Positions 46,711 to 56,229 are shown, counted from the stretch's first letter. The stretch is 64,000 nt of DNA from Candidatus Woesebacteria bacterium RIFCSPHIGHO2_02_FULL_42_20 (GCA_001792535.1 MGGS01000007.1:44-64043); one strand, 5' to 3'. A program made the numbers and translations. Notes: generated by a model not told the origin, from the letters alone.

Positions 46711-47817
46711 ATGAAAGTCGAAGTACTTCAAGAGAAACTGTCGAAAGCTCTGAATATATCCTCTCGGTTTATTGCCAATAGGGCACAGTTACCAATTCTT
46801 GCCAATGTGATGCTTGAAGCCACTAAAACAAAACTAACAGTGTTTGCGACCAATCTTGAAATGTCTTCTGTTGTTAGTATTGGAGCTCAAGTAAGTGTGC
46901 CAGGGAAAATTACCGTGCCCAGCCGGATATTATTTGACATTGTGGCGAATTTGTCTTCCGGAAAAGTGTTACTGGAAGCCCAGAGGGAACAATTGAAAAT
47001 GGAAGCAGGAAGTTTCAAAGGTAACGTAATGGGCATAAATGCTCTAGACTTTCCCAATTTACCTACCAGCCTTGGTAAATCAGCCTTTAAAATGCCCCAG
47101 ATTGAACTGATTAAATCGCTTACAAAGACCTTGTTTTGTGTGTCCGGTGACGAAGCCAGGCCGATTCTAACCGGTGTCTTGTTTGTTTTTAGTACAAATG
47201 GGTTGACTCTGGTTGCCACAGACGGTTTTAGATTGACCCTAACAAAGATTCCGGTAAAAACTGCAATAAAGGACATGAAAGTTGTTCTCCCCAAGGGGAT
47301 ATTAATAGAAATAGCCAAACAGCTTAAGTCGGAGCCAATTGGCGTGGAATTTAATCAAGAGAGTAATCAAGCCTTATTTGGCTTTGACGATATGGTGTTG
47401 TCTTCAAGGATAATTGAGGGGGAATTTCCTGACTATGAAAAAATAATTCCGAAAACTTCCAAGGTCACTCTGGCAGTGGACAAACAGGAGCTGTTGCAGA
47501 CGATCAAGCTTTCGAGTATTTTTGCGCGTGAGTCGTCAAATGTGATTAAAATGACAATCAACAAAGAGGGGATAACCATTTCTTCTGAAAGCGAAAAGAC
47601 AGGTACACAGTCATCGCAAGTGGATGCTAAAATTGAAGGCTTGGAAGAAAGTTTGCAGGTGGCTTACAATTTCAGATTTATTGAAGAGTTGCTTAATGTG
47701 ATTGAAGGCGATCTACTTAAAATTGAGCTTACGGACGGATCTTCACCGGGGGTTTTTAAGGACCCCAAAGATCCTGATTTTCTTCACTTGATCATGCCTG
47801 TCAAGGTTCAGGGCTGA
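46711..47817 (+). CDS. dnaN: DNA polymerase III beta sliding clamp DnaN
   Basis: MKVEVLQEKLSKALNISSRFIANRAQLPILANVMLEA... typical DnaN N-terminus. 368 aa three-domain length. Confidence 0.9.
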   Translation: MKVEVLQEKLSKALNISSRFIANRAQLPILANVMLEATKTKLTVFATNLEMSSVVSIGAQVSVPGKITVPSRILFDIVANLSSGKVLLEAQREQLKMEAGSFKGNVMGINALDFPNLPTSLGKSAFKMPQIELIKSLTKTLFCVSGDEARPILTGVLFVFSTNGLTLVATDGFRLTLTKIPVKTAIKDMKVVLPKGILIEIAKQLKSEPIGVEFNQESNQALFGFDDMVLSSRIIEGEFPDYEKIIPKTSKVTLAVDKQELLQTIKLSSIFARESSNVIKMTINKEGITISSESEKTGTQSSQVDAKIEGLEESLQVAYNFRFIEELLNVIEGDLLKIELTDGSSPGVFKDPKDPDFLHLIMPVKVQG

Positions 47818-48812
47818 GAGGAAATTGCCGGAAGATAGAACGAGATGTTTGTTGTCTTACCATAGAGCGAAACTTCACCATTCAAAAGAAGGATAGGGTA
47901 AAGATATTTGGATTTTACGTTATCTATTAAGTAAGCCAATTTTACGTTTGATATTTTTACGTTCTTTAAATCTCCAAGTTTTATTTCAACAAGGCCTTGG
48001 TTCCCATTATCTATACTTACAACTTTAGCTTCGTTTAGGGAGGAAATTATTTCGTCGTATTTTTTAATTTTATATCTGGTATCCGATTTAGATGTCCCCC
48101 CAAGTCTGTAAATGTCAACTCTAAAAACTTCGCCGTCGGGTAGTATCACGACGTTCACTATACTTGATAGTGGATTGTACGTTAATATATCAAATCCGCC
48201 AATTTTATATGTATAATTCACTTGGATTAGTTCAGCTTCAGCCTTTTCTGTTTGAGCCATGTGTTCGCCTTGAGGATCTTCTTTTTTCCAATAAACAAAA
48301 GATGAAAATTCAATCTTACCGCTGTCTAAGAGAGAGTGATTTAGCAAGAATTGTTTTCCTGTTTCAATTAAAGCATTATTGCTCAATTGTTTATTGATTC
48401 TATAAACGTCACTCTGTAGAGAGTATCTTATATGATTTTCTTGGGCATATATTGTAAGAAAATGTTTTTCTGTGCTTCCGAAAAACGTTTGTCCTACTCT
48501 AGTGTCGCTGACTTCCAACAGGTTCGTCTCGAGGTCAAAAGTTGATGCAATTTTTACAGCTTCGTCTTTAGTTATAAGAGGTGGAGTTGAAATTCCCAAG
48601 AGTGCGGCTGTTTGGGGTAAATTTAAAGTCACCTCCTCGATTTGGGTTTCGATTTTAGGGGTGTCTTTGATTAGATCGGGAAGTTCTATTTTGGGTATAA
48701 CAGTTGGTGTAACTGGTACAGGTTGGGTTTTGCGTGTTAACAAAACAATTGTAACGATAAAAGTAGACGCAAGAAGAAGTACAAGTAGGATTTTTTTATA
48801 TCTTTTTATCAT
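47808..48812 (-). CDS. Membrane-anchored hypothetical protein (334 aa), last gene of the T4SS-like minus-strand operon
   Basis: N-terminal TM ILLVLLLASTFIVTIVLL. No motif. Confidence 0.45.
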   Translation of the reverse strand: MIKRYKKILLVLLLASTFIVTIVLLTRKTQPVPVTPTVIPKIELPDLIKDTPKIETQIEEVTLNLPQTAALLGISTPPLITKDEAVKIASTFDLETNLLEVSDTRVGQTFFGSTEKHFLTIYAQENHIRYSLQSDVYRINKQLSNNALIETGKQFLLNHSLLDSGKIEFSSFVYWKKEDPQGEHMAQTEKAEAELIQVNYTYKIGGFDILTYNPLSSIVNVVILPDGEVFRVDIYRLGGTSKSDTRYKIKKYDEIISSLNEAKVVSIDNGNQGLVEIKLGDLKNVKISNVKLAYLIDNVKSKYLYPILLLNGEVSLYGKTTNISFYLPAISSQP

Positions 48813-48828
48813 ACTTAATCAGTATAAC

Positions 48829-50145
48829 TTAGGGAACATAACCGCATAAACCAACACCAGCAGAGTCGACACAACCTCTGAATGCTGACTCTGAGCTGAT
48901 CCCTTGTGGTCTGTATATATTTGGTTCCCACATTCTCAAACCGCCAAAATCATAGTGGATGTGTGCTCCTCTCGCTCCACCACCGGTTGCTCCACTGATC
49001 CCTATAGGATCACCAAGTTTAATCACTCCGTTTTGTGCAGTTACTACTTCAAGATGGGCATAGGTTGACCAGAATCTGACACCATTGCAGATTGAGGATA
49101 TTCTGACATAATTTCCGTAGCCCGCTCCTTCCCAGCCAACAGATGCTACACCCGAATGAGTGGCGACGACTTGTAAACCTGCTGGTGGTACGTCTACAGA
49201 TTCAGAAGGGTAATGTTGAGGACCAGGGCCCTGGCTAATTCTTAAACCCTGTCTTACTGGCCACGGTCCAGGACATTCATCAGGCGGATTTCCAATTCTT
49301 ACAGTTGCAGTACCCGACGCAGTGCTTCTGTTTGTACTGGTTCCCACCGGCGCATCTGCTGAAACAGTAAAAACATCAACAACTAGCGTGTCAGTATAAT
49401 CAGTAGGTGGCAGGGTAAAGGTCATTGTGTATGTAAAGGTAAAAGTGGTGCCGGCTGGTATGGCATCTGGTGGGTCCGGTATTGAGGCACTAGGACAGCC
49501 GGGGGGAGTCCCCCTGTTATTGTCCCAAATTACACTACATTCGTTGTTATAAGTTATGTTAGTTAGAGCCCCCTGTTTGGCTGTAATTTGAATAGTGTAT
49601 TGAACAGGATAGGGAAGTTGGTCATTGGTCAAAACCCTTGGTTCTGCGGTTTTAATAACGCGGATATAGGGTGACTCAACGTTTCCAGGAGCCTGCAAAA
49701 CTCCGCCAGTATAGGGAGGGACGATGTAGGCGCCCGAGTTGATGATAAATGAAATCGAAGGAACCAGTACAATAAGAGCGAGAATGGCAATCGCAACAGT
49801 ACCCAGTATAGCAAGGGGTATTGCCAGAAAAGCGCCGATAATTGCTAAAAAAGGGGCAAGAATGGCTGCAGCAATATGCTCTTTTTTCATCTTGCCGACA
49901 AGTTTTTCAACAGCCGCTTGTATGGCGGCTGCGGCTAAGGCGAGTCCTGCAGTTGCTGCTGCGGAAGCGGCGGTTGCGGCTACCTTTGCGGCCTGCGTAC
50001 CCATTTTAACGGCTTTAGCGGCGTTAGCAGCGGCTTTGGAAGCGTTTGAGGCGAGGTTTTTCCCGAGACTTTTTACGCCCTTTCCAGCCGCTTGTCCAGC
50101 CAGATCTCCAGCAGCGCTTTTTTGTTGCTTTTGTTCTTCAGCCAC
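48829..50145 (-). CDS. Membrane-anchored M23 (LytM-type) peptidoglycan endopeptidase with Ala-rich N-terminal region
   Basis: C-terminus GYGNYVRISSICNGVRFWSTYAHLEVVTAQNGVIKLGDPIGISGATGGGARGAHIHYD shows the full M23 signature including HxH. Central TM block AAAILAPFLAIIGAFLAIPLAILGTVAIAILALIVLV. Poly-Ala/Lys N-terminus. Overlaps virB4 by 8 nt. Confidence 0.7.
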   Translation of the reverse strand: MAEEQKQQKSAAGDLAGQAAGKGVKSLGKNLASNASKAAANAAKAVKMGTQAAKVAATAASAAATAGLALAAAAIQAAVEKLVGKMKKEHIAAAILAPFLAIIGAFLAIPLAILGTVAIAILALIVLVPSISFIINSGAYIVPPYTGGVLQAPGNVESPYIRVIKTAEPRVLTNDQLPYPVQYTIQITAKQGALTNITYNNECSVIWDNNRGTPPGCPSASIPDPPDAIPAGTTFTFTYTMTFTLPPTDYTDTLVVDVFTVSADAPVGTSTNRSTASGTATVRIGNPPDECPGPWPVRQGLRISQGPGPQHYPSESVDVPPAGLQVVATHSGVASVGWEGAGYGNYVRISSICNGVRFWSTYAHLEVVTAQNGVIKLGDPIGISGATGGGARGAHIHYDFGGLRMWEPNIYRPQGISSESAFRGCVDSAGVGLCGYVP

Positions 50146-52009
50146 TTTGTCCTCCTCGGTCTAATATTACACCGCCCTTGGCTCTCTGCTGCATCTCAAG
50201 CTTCTCCTGCGGCTTGGTGGTGACCAGTCTATGTTCTTGAGGAGAAGAAACGACTCTAATCGGTGCTCTGTGGGGTCCCGCAAAGAAGATCCCTTCTCCC
50301 ACATCAGCCGACATAAGGAGTTGTTTTTCTCCTTGAGACAGATAAAAAACTTCGGTAATCGAGTCCATAGCTGCAGCTGACTGTTTGAGTAAAAGCTTGA
50401 GCGAGGAATTGGTCAGAATTGCTTTACCCAAGTCGTGATTCAAAAAATCCTCAACGTCTTGGGTGATGGTGGTTAAGCCCATATAGTATTTTCTGGCTCG
50501 CTTCACCATTGACCACATAAAGGTAGCGGAATCCGGATGCCGCATCATCTGCCAAGCCTCATCGACAATCAAAATTCGCTTTTTAAGGTCTTTTTTGACT
50601 CTTGTCCAGACGTAGTCAAGAATGATAAACATGGCAATGGGCCGCAGGATGTCTTGCAGGTCGTTAACAGAAAAGACTGTAAAGGAATTGTCGAGCGAGA
50701 CATTTGTCTGTTTGTCAAACATGCCAACAAAGCTCCCTTTGACATATTTTTCAATTCTGGCAGCCAGGTCCAGTGCCTCGTTTGTTTCCATGCCGATGAG
50801 GGTTTTATAAAGGTCTTCCATCAAGGGTGGCTCTTTGTTTTGCGTTTCCGGATATTGGGTTATGCCTTTGTTGCGGTATGTTAGTACCAGCGCCCGGTCA
50901 AGCAATGCTTCACGAATAGGATCAAGCTCTCCCATGATTACTTTAAAAAGGGAATGCAGCGACAAAATTTTAAGGCCGAGCTGATTCTCACCTTCTTCAC
51001 GAACCTGTGCCAGGTCAAAAGGATTAATCTTGGACTGAGATGAGAACGAAAACGACACGTATTCACCGCCTACAGCGTCGCAAAGTGCCTTATATTCAAA
51101 TTCTGGGTCTAGTATTATAATTTCGGCGCCAAGCATCAAGGAACGCACTGCTTCCAGTTTTACGAAATAACTTTTGCCGGCGCCTGAAGTTGCAAAGACC
51201 GTCATGTTATAGTTTTCGAGAGAAAACCTGTCAAAGATGATAAATGAATCGTTTTCGGGATTAATACCATAAAGGACCCCCCTGTCGCTTGAGAGTTCGG
51301 TTGACGTGAAGGGGAAAGTTGTGGCGAGGCTGGTTGTGTCCATATTGCGTGTGACCGAGATTCTGTCTAAGCCAAGCGGCGATGTCGTCAGAAACCCGTT
51401 TTCTTGATCCAAAGCTGCCGTTCTACCGTTAATTAATAATGCACCAAGAGTGGAAAGAATTTGTTTAGAGACGTCATTTAGCTCGTCGATTGTCGCGGCT
51501 GGTATTGTAATGTAGAACGCAAACTCAAAAAATCGTTCAATTCCTTTGACAAGCTCTTCTTGCAATGCCTTTGCGTCATCAAGTTTTGCTTCGGTTGTTG
51601 CGTGGGCAATTCGGCCCCGCTCAATGTCGGTCTCGATTTCGGCTTCCATTTCCGTAATTTTTCGCCTAAGGTCGTCGAGAATTGTTTTTGCGTCGATAGG
51701 ATAGATATAGAAGGCGATATCCAAGGAACTGTCAAAATTCACGACAGGATCAAGCCAACCCGGGGAAACAAATCTAGGGTAACCCGATACATAAAGAGTT
51801 CTATAGTATTTACCGTTGATTATCAAGTAATCAAACTCTTCTTCAATCGTATTTGGAGAAATTATGTCAATGAGATAACTCTTTTTGGCAAGAAAATTGT
51901 CTACCGGCTTACCCATGGCTGGCTTGTATTGCTGGCTGTTAAGTTCGCCTGTTTGCCCTTTTTGCGCTGTGGTTTGAGCGTTAATTTGGTTTTGCTGGTT
52001 CGGGTTCAT
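50138..52009 (-). CDS. virB4: VirB4/TrbE/CagE-family type IV secretion ATPase (Gram-positive DUF87/AAA_10 type)
   Basis: Walker A FATSGAGKSYFVKLEA, Walker B RILIVDEAWQMM. 623 aa. Operon context with PrgI-like and a cell-wall hydrolase. Confidence 0.8.
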   Translation of the reverse strand: MNPNQQNQINAQTTAQKGQTGELNSQQYKPAMGKPVDNFLAKKSYLIDIISPNTIEEEFDYLIINGKYYRTLYVSGYPRFVSPGWLDPVVNFDSSLDIAFYIYPIDAKTILDDLRRKITEMEAEIETDIERGRIAHATTEAKLDDAKALQEELVKGIERFFEFAFYITIPAATIDELNDVSKQILSTLGALLINGRTAALDQENGFLTTSPLGLDRISVTRNMDTTSLATTFPFTSTELSSDRGVLYGINPENDSFIIFDRFSLENYNMTVFATSGAGKSYFVKLEAVRSLMLGAEIIILDPEFEYKALCDAVGGEYVSFSFSSQSKINPFDLAQVREEGENQLGLKILSLHSLFKVIMGELDPIREALLDRALVLTYRNKGITQYPETQNKEPPLMEDLYKTLIGMETNEALDLAARIEKYVKGSFVGMFDKQTNVSLDNSFTVFSVNDLQDILRPIAMFIILDYVWTRVKKDLKKRILIVDEAWQMMRHPDSATFMWSMVKRARKYYMGLTTITQDVEDFLNHDLGKAILTNSSLKLLLKQSAAAMDSITEVFYLSQGEKQLLMSADVGEGIFFAGPHRAPIRVVSSPQEHRLVTTKPQEKLEMQQRAKGGVILDRGGQSG

Positions 52010-52697
52010 TTTCCTCCCTTTCTATTCTTCGCTCGGTTAAAGTTCCGCTTTTTTCTTCTTCACCAATGTTATAGATTTGGTAAAAAAGCTCAACAAGTTG
52101 TGTAGTTGAAAGCTGTTTAAGCACAAGTCCGGCTCTTGAGGACTGGCGTATTAGGTGGTCTCTTTTTGGATAAAGGGAAACCTTGGCTTTTTTTACAACA
52201 TAATCCTTATTGTAAGGTAGTGGGCCCTTTTTTTTCTTTATGCTCGATGTAAATGATTTACTTAGCCCGAGCTCGAGTGCCGAAAAGGGTGCAACAATGA
52301 AAAACCTTTTTCCCAAAACCTGTTTTTTCTTTATAGTGTCTTTGATGAACACTTTGTATGTTTCCATGAGCGAAGCCAGTTTTGGACCTTTTATTTTTTT
52401 GGATTCTTGGTCTAGGTACATCAAGTAATTGGTAATGTCTTTTCGCTCAGACCGGATAACTATTTGGACAGGGAATGTTAGGCTGTTTAAAAAAGCTGCG
52501 TACGCCAGAATCACCGCTTTTTGCTCGGCAGGTGAGAGTAAACCGAAATTGAGTGATGTAGATTCTAAAACGATGCAGGCAGAGCCGTCTTTAAGGTAAA
52601 CAATGCCGTCTGATATTTCGGCTATAGGGACGTGCACCTGGGTCGTAGATCTGATTGGACTTTCTTTTACTTTAAACAGTGTTTTAATTAGGTTCAT
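51981..52697 (-). CDS. T4SS-associated hypothetical protein (238 aa), possibly a split N-terminal VirB4 domain or accessory factor
   Basis: Located between the PrgI-like gene and virB4, with a 29-nt overlap. ISDGIVYLKDGSACIVLESTSLNFGLLSPAEQ weakly resembles VirB4 N-terminal regions. Confidence 0.4.
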   Translation of the reverse strand: MNLIKTLFKVKESPIRSTTQVHVPIAEISDGIVYLKDGSACIVLESTSLNFGLLSPAEQKAVILAYAAFLNSLTFPVQIVIRSERKDITNYLMYLDQESKKIKGPKLASLMETYKVFIKDTIKKKQVLGKRFFIVAPFSALELGLSKSFTSSIKKKKGPLPYNKDYVVKKAKVSLYPKRDHLIRQSSRAGLVLKQLSTTQLVELFYQIYNIGEEEKSGTLTERRIEREENEPEPAKPN

Positions 52698-52699
52698 GC

Positions 52700-53647
52700 T
52701 TATTTTGCTCTCACCGCAATTGGAGGTACCAGCTCCCCTTCAGTTTTGAGTTTGATCGGCTCAAAGTCAAAACCTTCTTTTTCGACTAAGATTTTATAGT
52801 CGCCGTCGGCAAGGGGAGTAATCACCATAAAATGCCCCGCTTTATTGGATTTTAAGGCTCTGACAGGGCGACCTTGGTTATCTTTAATTTCAAGTATCGC
52901 TCCCTCGATTATTTTTTTGTCCTTGTCCATCACTTGGCCGACGATAGTATTGGGCAGCGTAGGCGGGCTTGGCGGGGCCGCATCTGGCGAGAATTGGGCC
53001 TGGGTTCCCTCTATTTGCCCCCTTGCAACAAGCGTTTGGTCGACCGCTTTAGTGGTAGCCTGGCCGGGTGGTGCTGCAGGCGTGCTTTCGGGAACCTTTT
53101 GTTTCTCAACTGCTGTGGGGACGCGGGAGGGAATAGCGCCGCTGATAGTGGGTACCGGCTGGGCAGACACTATTGGGTTGTGATGGAGCAAAAAGAGGTT
53201 TCCGATATTTTGCAAAATCGAGCGCTCTGACCGCTCCAAGTTTAGTTGTAAGTTAACTCTTGGCTCCTGGTTCGGTTGGATGTTTTCTGGACTGGTGGGT
53301 GTTACAGTTGTGACTGTTTTGGTTGGCTCCTGAAAATAAACAGGCTCTTTTTCTGTTTTTTTCCAGATAAACTCTGTCGGTGTATAAATTGCTTTAAAGA
53401 AAATTACAATCCAGGTTTCAAGTGGCCTGTCTTCGATGGTGAAAAAGGCGAAACCCACTCCGAGAAGAACAAACAGAGCAACAACTGGCCATTTGACAAT
53501 TGGTGGAAGTGGCGACGCGTAGGTGAGCAAGCCTAATACAACTCCCATCGCTACTTGGAAAAACTGCTTTAAGGTCATGTCGCCAACCAGCCTGAAGCTG
53601 TAGCTTGAGATTTGCTGCGGTATCGGGTGTTCCTGTTCAATTTCCAT
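52700..53647 (-). CDS. PrgI-family (VirB3-like) T4SS membrane protein fused to a C-terminal carboxypeptidase-regulatory-like beta-sandwich domain
   Basis: HPIPQQISSYSFRLVGDMTLKQFFQVAMGVVLGLLTYASPLPPIVKWPVVALFVLLGVGFAFFTIEDRPLETWIVIFFKAIYTPTEF matches the PrgI pattern (P.dIS.YE.K..G.lTlRQ..., second TM, G.P.E.W). C-terminus EGAILEIKDNQGRPVRALKSNKAGHFMVITPLADGDYKILVEKEGF resembles CarboxypepD_reg. Confidence 0.45.
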   Translation of the reverse strand: MEIEQEHPIPQQISSYSFRLVGDMTLKQFFQVAMGVVLGLLTYASPLPPIVKWPVVALFVLLGVGFAFFTIEDRPLETWIVIFFKAIYTPTEFIWKKTEKEPVYFQEPTKTVTTVTPTSPENIQPNQEPRVNLQLNLERSERSILQNIGNLFLLHHNPIVSAQPVPTISGAIPSRVPTAVEKQKVPESTPAAPPGQATTKAVDQTLVARGQIEGTQAQFSPDAAPPSPPTLPNTIVGQVMDKDKKIIEGAILEIKDNQGRPVRALKSNKAGHFMVITPLADGDYKILVEKEGFDFEPIKLKTEGELVPPIAVRAK

Positions 53648-53742
53648 GTTTCTCCTTCTAATTTACACCGTGAATAAAAGTTTTTCTACAGCTAGCTAAA
53701 AACCCTTGTGTGAATTTGCAGTTGCGGATATACTTTAGTTAT

Positions 53743-54156
53743 ATGGATCAGCAGGAAGTGAAAGCAAAGATTCAACAACTTAATGATGAGGCTTATAAAA
53801 GAGCCAAAGATAACGGCGTAGAATTAGATTTTACAAATGAAAGTGTAACTACAGTTGAAGCGATTTTACTCGAAATGTTTGAGGAAGCTCAGGGCTTGGA
53901 CTTAACCGAGCAAGACTATGAACGCATGGCCGAGGTTTGGGGGGCTTATTTGGGCGAGTCTTTAATCCGCAACCTCGGTAAGGGTTATTGGGACTTCGAC
54001 CAGGAAAGAAAAGCTTACGTTGTCCGTTTGGACGATTTATCTGTTTATTTTCCGACGGAAGTGTACCAGGTATTAAAAAGTGGGCTCGTTGAAAATGTGA
54101 TTGACCTTTATATTGACGTTTATAACCAACATTCTCCGGTTCCGATCCAACTTTAA
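53743..54156 (+). CDS. Hypothetical acidic protein P1 (~138 aa)
   Basis: Start at MDQQEV (the ORF-track GTG start at 53710 is also possible). No recognised motif. First gene of the plus-strand block inserted in the T4SS-like cluster. Confidence 0.4.
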   Translation: MDQQEVKAKIQQLNDEAYKRAKDNGVELDFTNESVTTVEAILLEMFEEAQGLDLTEQDYERMAEVWGAYLGESLIRNLGKGYWDFDQERKAYVVRLDDLSVYFPTEVYQVLKSGLVENVIDLYIDVYNQHSPVPIQL

Positions 54157-54286
54157 CCATTGATCTTCAGATTTTAGTAGTCTACTATCTTTGATTAGAG
54201 GTTGTGTTTAAGGAATGGGGTGCAAATCCCCAGCTGTGCCGCAACCGTAGAGCCGGAAAACTAGCAACCCTCTGGGCAGAAGGCCT

Positions 54287-55291
54287 TTGGATCCCGAGCA
54301 GGATATGAGTGAAAGACAAGCACTAGACATGTGGGCTTATGCTCGCCCAAATTCGGAAATTGACGAAGCTGGTCTTGGGTATTCATTAACTTCACTCTTT
54401 TTGGAAGCAGGAACAGAGGCGCCTACCTATTACAGAATTAGACTAACTCCCGAAGGAAGAGTTGTCGACGATTTTTCGGATGGAAGAGTAGACGTTCGTG
54501 AGCAAGTTGTTATGGAGGACGAACTTAGCCGTAAGGAAAGTTCTACGACGCTTGCTCGGATAAAGGTTATGCTTCAAAAAAGGGTCGGGACATTGTGTGT
54601 TTGGGTGAGCCCGCCAGGAGGGCCGTATGGCTATGAGGAAGGAAAAATAGACGTCGGCTATGTTACCGAAGAAGGCGGTGTTTTAGTCCATTGGGGTTAT
54701 GGGATAAAGACGCGTTTTGACAAACAGACGCATTTATTAATAGCGTCTAGAATAGGAGAGTTTGCTTTGACGTCATGGCCCTTAAATTCTCCCGAGGACC
54801 TTCGCGACAAACTTTTTGAAATTCAAACAGATGATCCGCTGGCATTGCTTCACGAAATTATACCGATGCCCGAAGCGCTGGACTCTATCGAAAACGGTGA
54901 AGCCAGGAGACTTAGAGAAATGATGTTTCAGAAAGCACGGCACGTTGTGAGGCATGTCAAACCGCTTTTAACTTCGGCAGCGACAAGGTGGGATTACATG
55001 CAGGCCGGTGCCCTGGCCGAGAGAATGATGGTGCAGGAAACGGGGATTGAGATATCCGATGGCCCATGCGGTTTGCTGAATTCAAGCTTGGTTGAGAATA
55101 GAAGCGGTACACAATTTGTTGTCGGTTTTGCCCAAATAGACTTTCGTGGAAAAGTTACTGATGTTTTTTCCGGGTCGGGAAATAGGGAAGGTAAATATGT
55201 CAAAAGCTGCGGCAAGTGCGGCAAATCTATAAATGCAGTTATTTCCAAAGGCTACAAATGCTCCTGCGGCGGAGTGTACGAAGGCTGCTAG
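54287..55291 (+). CDS. Hypothetical protein P2 (334 aa) with C-terminal Cys4-type zinc-ribbon (CGKCGKS...CSCGG)
   Basis: Clean ORF, GC-richer by eye. Ends ...KSCGKCGKSINAVISKGYKCSCGGVYEGC*. No enzymatic motif recognised. Confidence 0.5.
   Translation: MDPEQDMSERQALDMWAYARPNSEIDEAGLGYSLTSLFLEAGTEAPTYYRIRLTPEGRVVDDFSDGRVDVREQVVMEDELSRKESSTTLARIKVMLQKRVGTLCVWVSPPGGPYGYEEGKIDVGYVTEEGGVLVHWGYGIKTRFDKQTHLLIASRIGEFALTSWPLNSPEDLRDKLFEIQTDDPLALLHEIIPMPEALDSIENGEARRLREMMFQKARHVVRHVKPLLTSAATRWDYMQAGALAERMMVQETGIEISDGPCGLLNSSLVENRSGTQFVVGFAQIDFRGKVTDVFSGSGNREGKYVKSCGKCGKSINAVISKGYKCSCGGVYEGC
55245..55291 (+). repeat. Direct repeat copy 1 (3' end of P2) flanking the DUF433-DUF5615/HicB-HicA cassette; copy 2 at 56230-56268
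   Basis: ccaaag...tcctgYggcggagtgtacgaaggctgYtRg. The 23-bp core 55265-55287 versus 56243-56265 differs at 1 position. Both copies read CGGVYEGC followed by a stop. Confidence 0.8.
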
Positions 55292-55312
55292 GCCATGCTA
55301 TAATTCAGGTAT

Positions 55313-55564
55313 ATGGCAAGAAAGATTGTGGTTAATCCTAAAGTTTGTTTTGGCAAGCCCTATTTCGACGGTACTAGAATCCCTGTCGATATGGTACTCG
55401 AGCTTCTTGCAACCGGCATAGAGATTAAAGATATTGTGAAAGACTATTATCCTCGTCTCACGACCAACGATGTTAAAGAGGCTGTTAAATATGCTTCTCA
55501 GGTTGTCAAAAATGAAGAGGTGGTCGTAAACATTCCTCGTATAGGAAAACTGGCTGCGATTTGA
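55313..55564 (+). CDS. DUF433-family antitoxin-like protein
   Basis: CFGKPYFDGTRIPVDMVLELLATGIEIKDIVKDYYPRLTTNDVKEAVKYA matches the DUF433 consensus (cgGkP.i.GTRipV..vl..la.G.s.eeil..YP.Lt.edv.aal.ya). Confidence 0.75.
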   Translation: MARKIVVNPKVCFGKPYFDGTRIPVDMVLELLATGIEIKDIVKDYYPRLTTNDVKEAVKYASQVVKNEEVVVNIPRIGKLAAI

Positions 55565-55571
55565 AAAACAA

Positions 55572-56051
55572 ATGCGCTTGCTTGCAGATGAAAACGTTTA
55601 TTTTGTAATTACTAACCGTCTAAGTGGTCTGGGTTTTTCGGTAACGAGTGTTTATAAAGAAGGTCTTATTTCAGAAAGTGACTTAAATATTTTACTTTTC
55701 GCGCGAAAGAAGAATTTGGTTATTTTAACTCAAGACAAAGATTTTACAGTATTGCATAACGCATATTCCCACAAAGGAATAGTTTTACTGAGGAAAGTTG
55801 ATAAGTCATTAGGAGCTGTTATGGCAAATCTCATTAAGTTTTTGGAAGACGATAAAGGTAAAAGTGTCAAAGACAAGATTATTTCTGCTTTGGGTGTTGC
55901 CGATGATGGTGATACGGTGGAGGAAGCGTTAAGTAATGTCACGGGGGCGATTAAAACTTATGTTGATAGTTTGACTGAGGATAAACTTCCTGTTCCTCAC
56001 GATGAAACTCAAAAAGATATTATTACAACTACCCAGGTTGCCCCAAATTAA
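55572..56051 (+). CDS. DUF5615 (PIN-like, Mut7-C-type) toxin-like domain continuing in frame into a HicB/UPF0150-like antitoxin domain
   Basis: N-terminus MRLLADENVYFVITNRLSGLGFSVTSVYKEGLISESDLNILLFARKKNLVILTQDKDF is the DUF5615 pattern. From MANLIKF the frame continues as DKGKSVKDKIISALGVADDGDTVEEALSNVTGAIKTYVDSLTEDKLPVPHDE, resembling HicB N-domain (PGC.tQGdTlEEAl.n.keAl.l.le.l.edg..iPeP). No stop between the two parts. Confidence 0.55.
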   Translation: MRLLADENVYFVITNRLSGLGFSVTSVYKEGLISESDLNILLFARKKNLVILTQDKDFTVLHNAYSHKGIVLLRKVDKSLGAVMANLIKFLEDDKGKSVKDKIISALGVADDGDTVEEALSNVTGAIKTYVDSLTEDKLPVPHDETQKDIITTTQVAPN

Positions 56052-56226
56052 ACCCCGCCAAATCCAAAAAGTTTTACTTAAGTCAGGATTTGTTCCAAGA
56101 CCAGGAAAAGGGAGTCATACAGTGGTTCCCGTACACAATCGGCCGGTCAGAATAGGCACTTTGTATTCAATTCTTGGCCAAGCAGGGATTAAAGTCGGCG
56201 ATTTCCTGAAACTTCTGAAGAAGTAA
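56002..56226 (+). CDS. hicA: HicA-family mRNA interferase toxin
   Basis: IQKVLLKSGFVPRPGKGSHTVVPVHNRPVRIGTLYSILGQAGI matches HicA (l.k.Gf...rqkGSH..f.h.....tvP.H....l..gtl.sIlkqaGl). Start could be the ATG at 56002 or the TTG at 56038. Confidence 0.75.
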   Translation: MKLKKILLQLPRLPQIKPRQIQKVLLKSGFVPRPGKGSHTVVPVHNRPVRIGTLYSILGQAGIKVGDFLKLLKK

Positions 56227-56229
56227 TTG

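Noticed and set aside
54180-54262. tRNA-like T-arm (GGGGTGCAAATCCCC) between P1 and P2
   Set aside because: The stem-loop resembles a T-arm, but no matching acceptor 5' strand, anticodon arm or CCA-compatible 3' end could be reconstructed. Most likely a terminator-like hairpin or chance similarity. No tRNA, rRNA, tmRNA or RNase P RNA was identified anywhere in the window.
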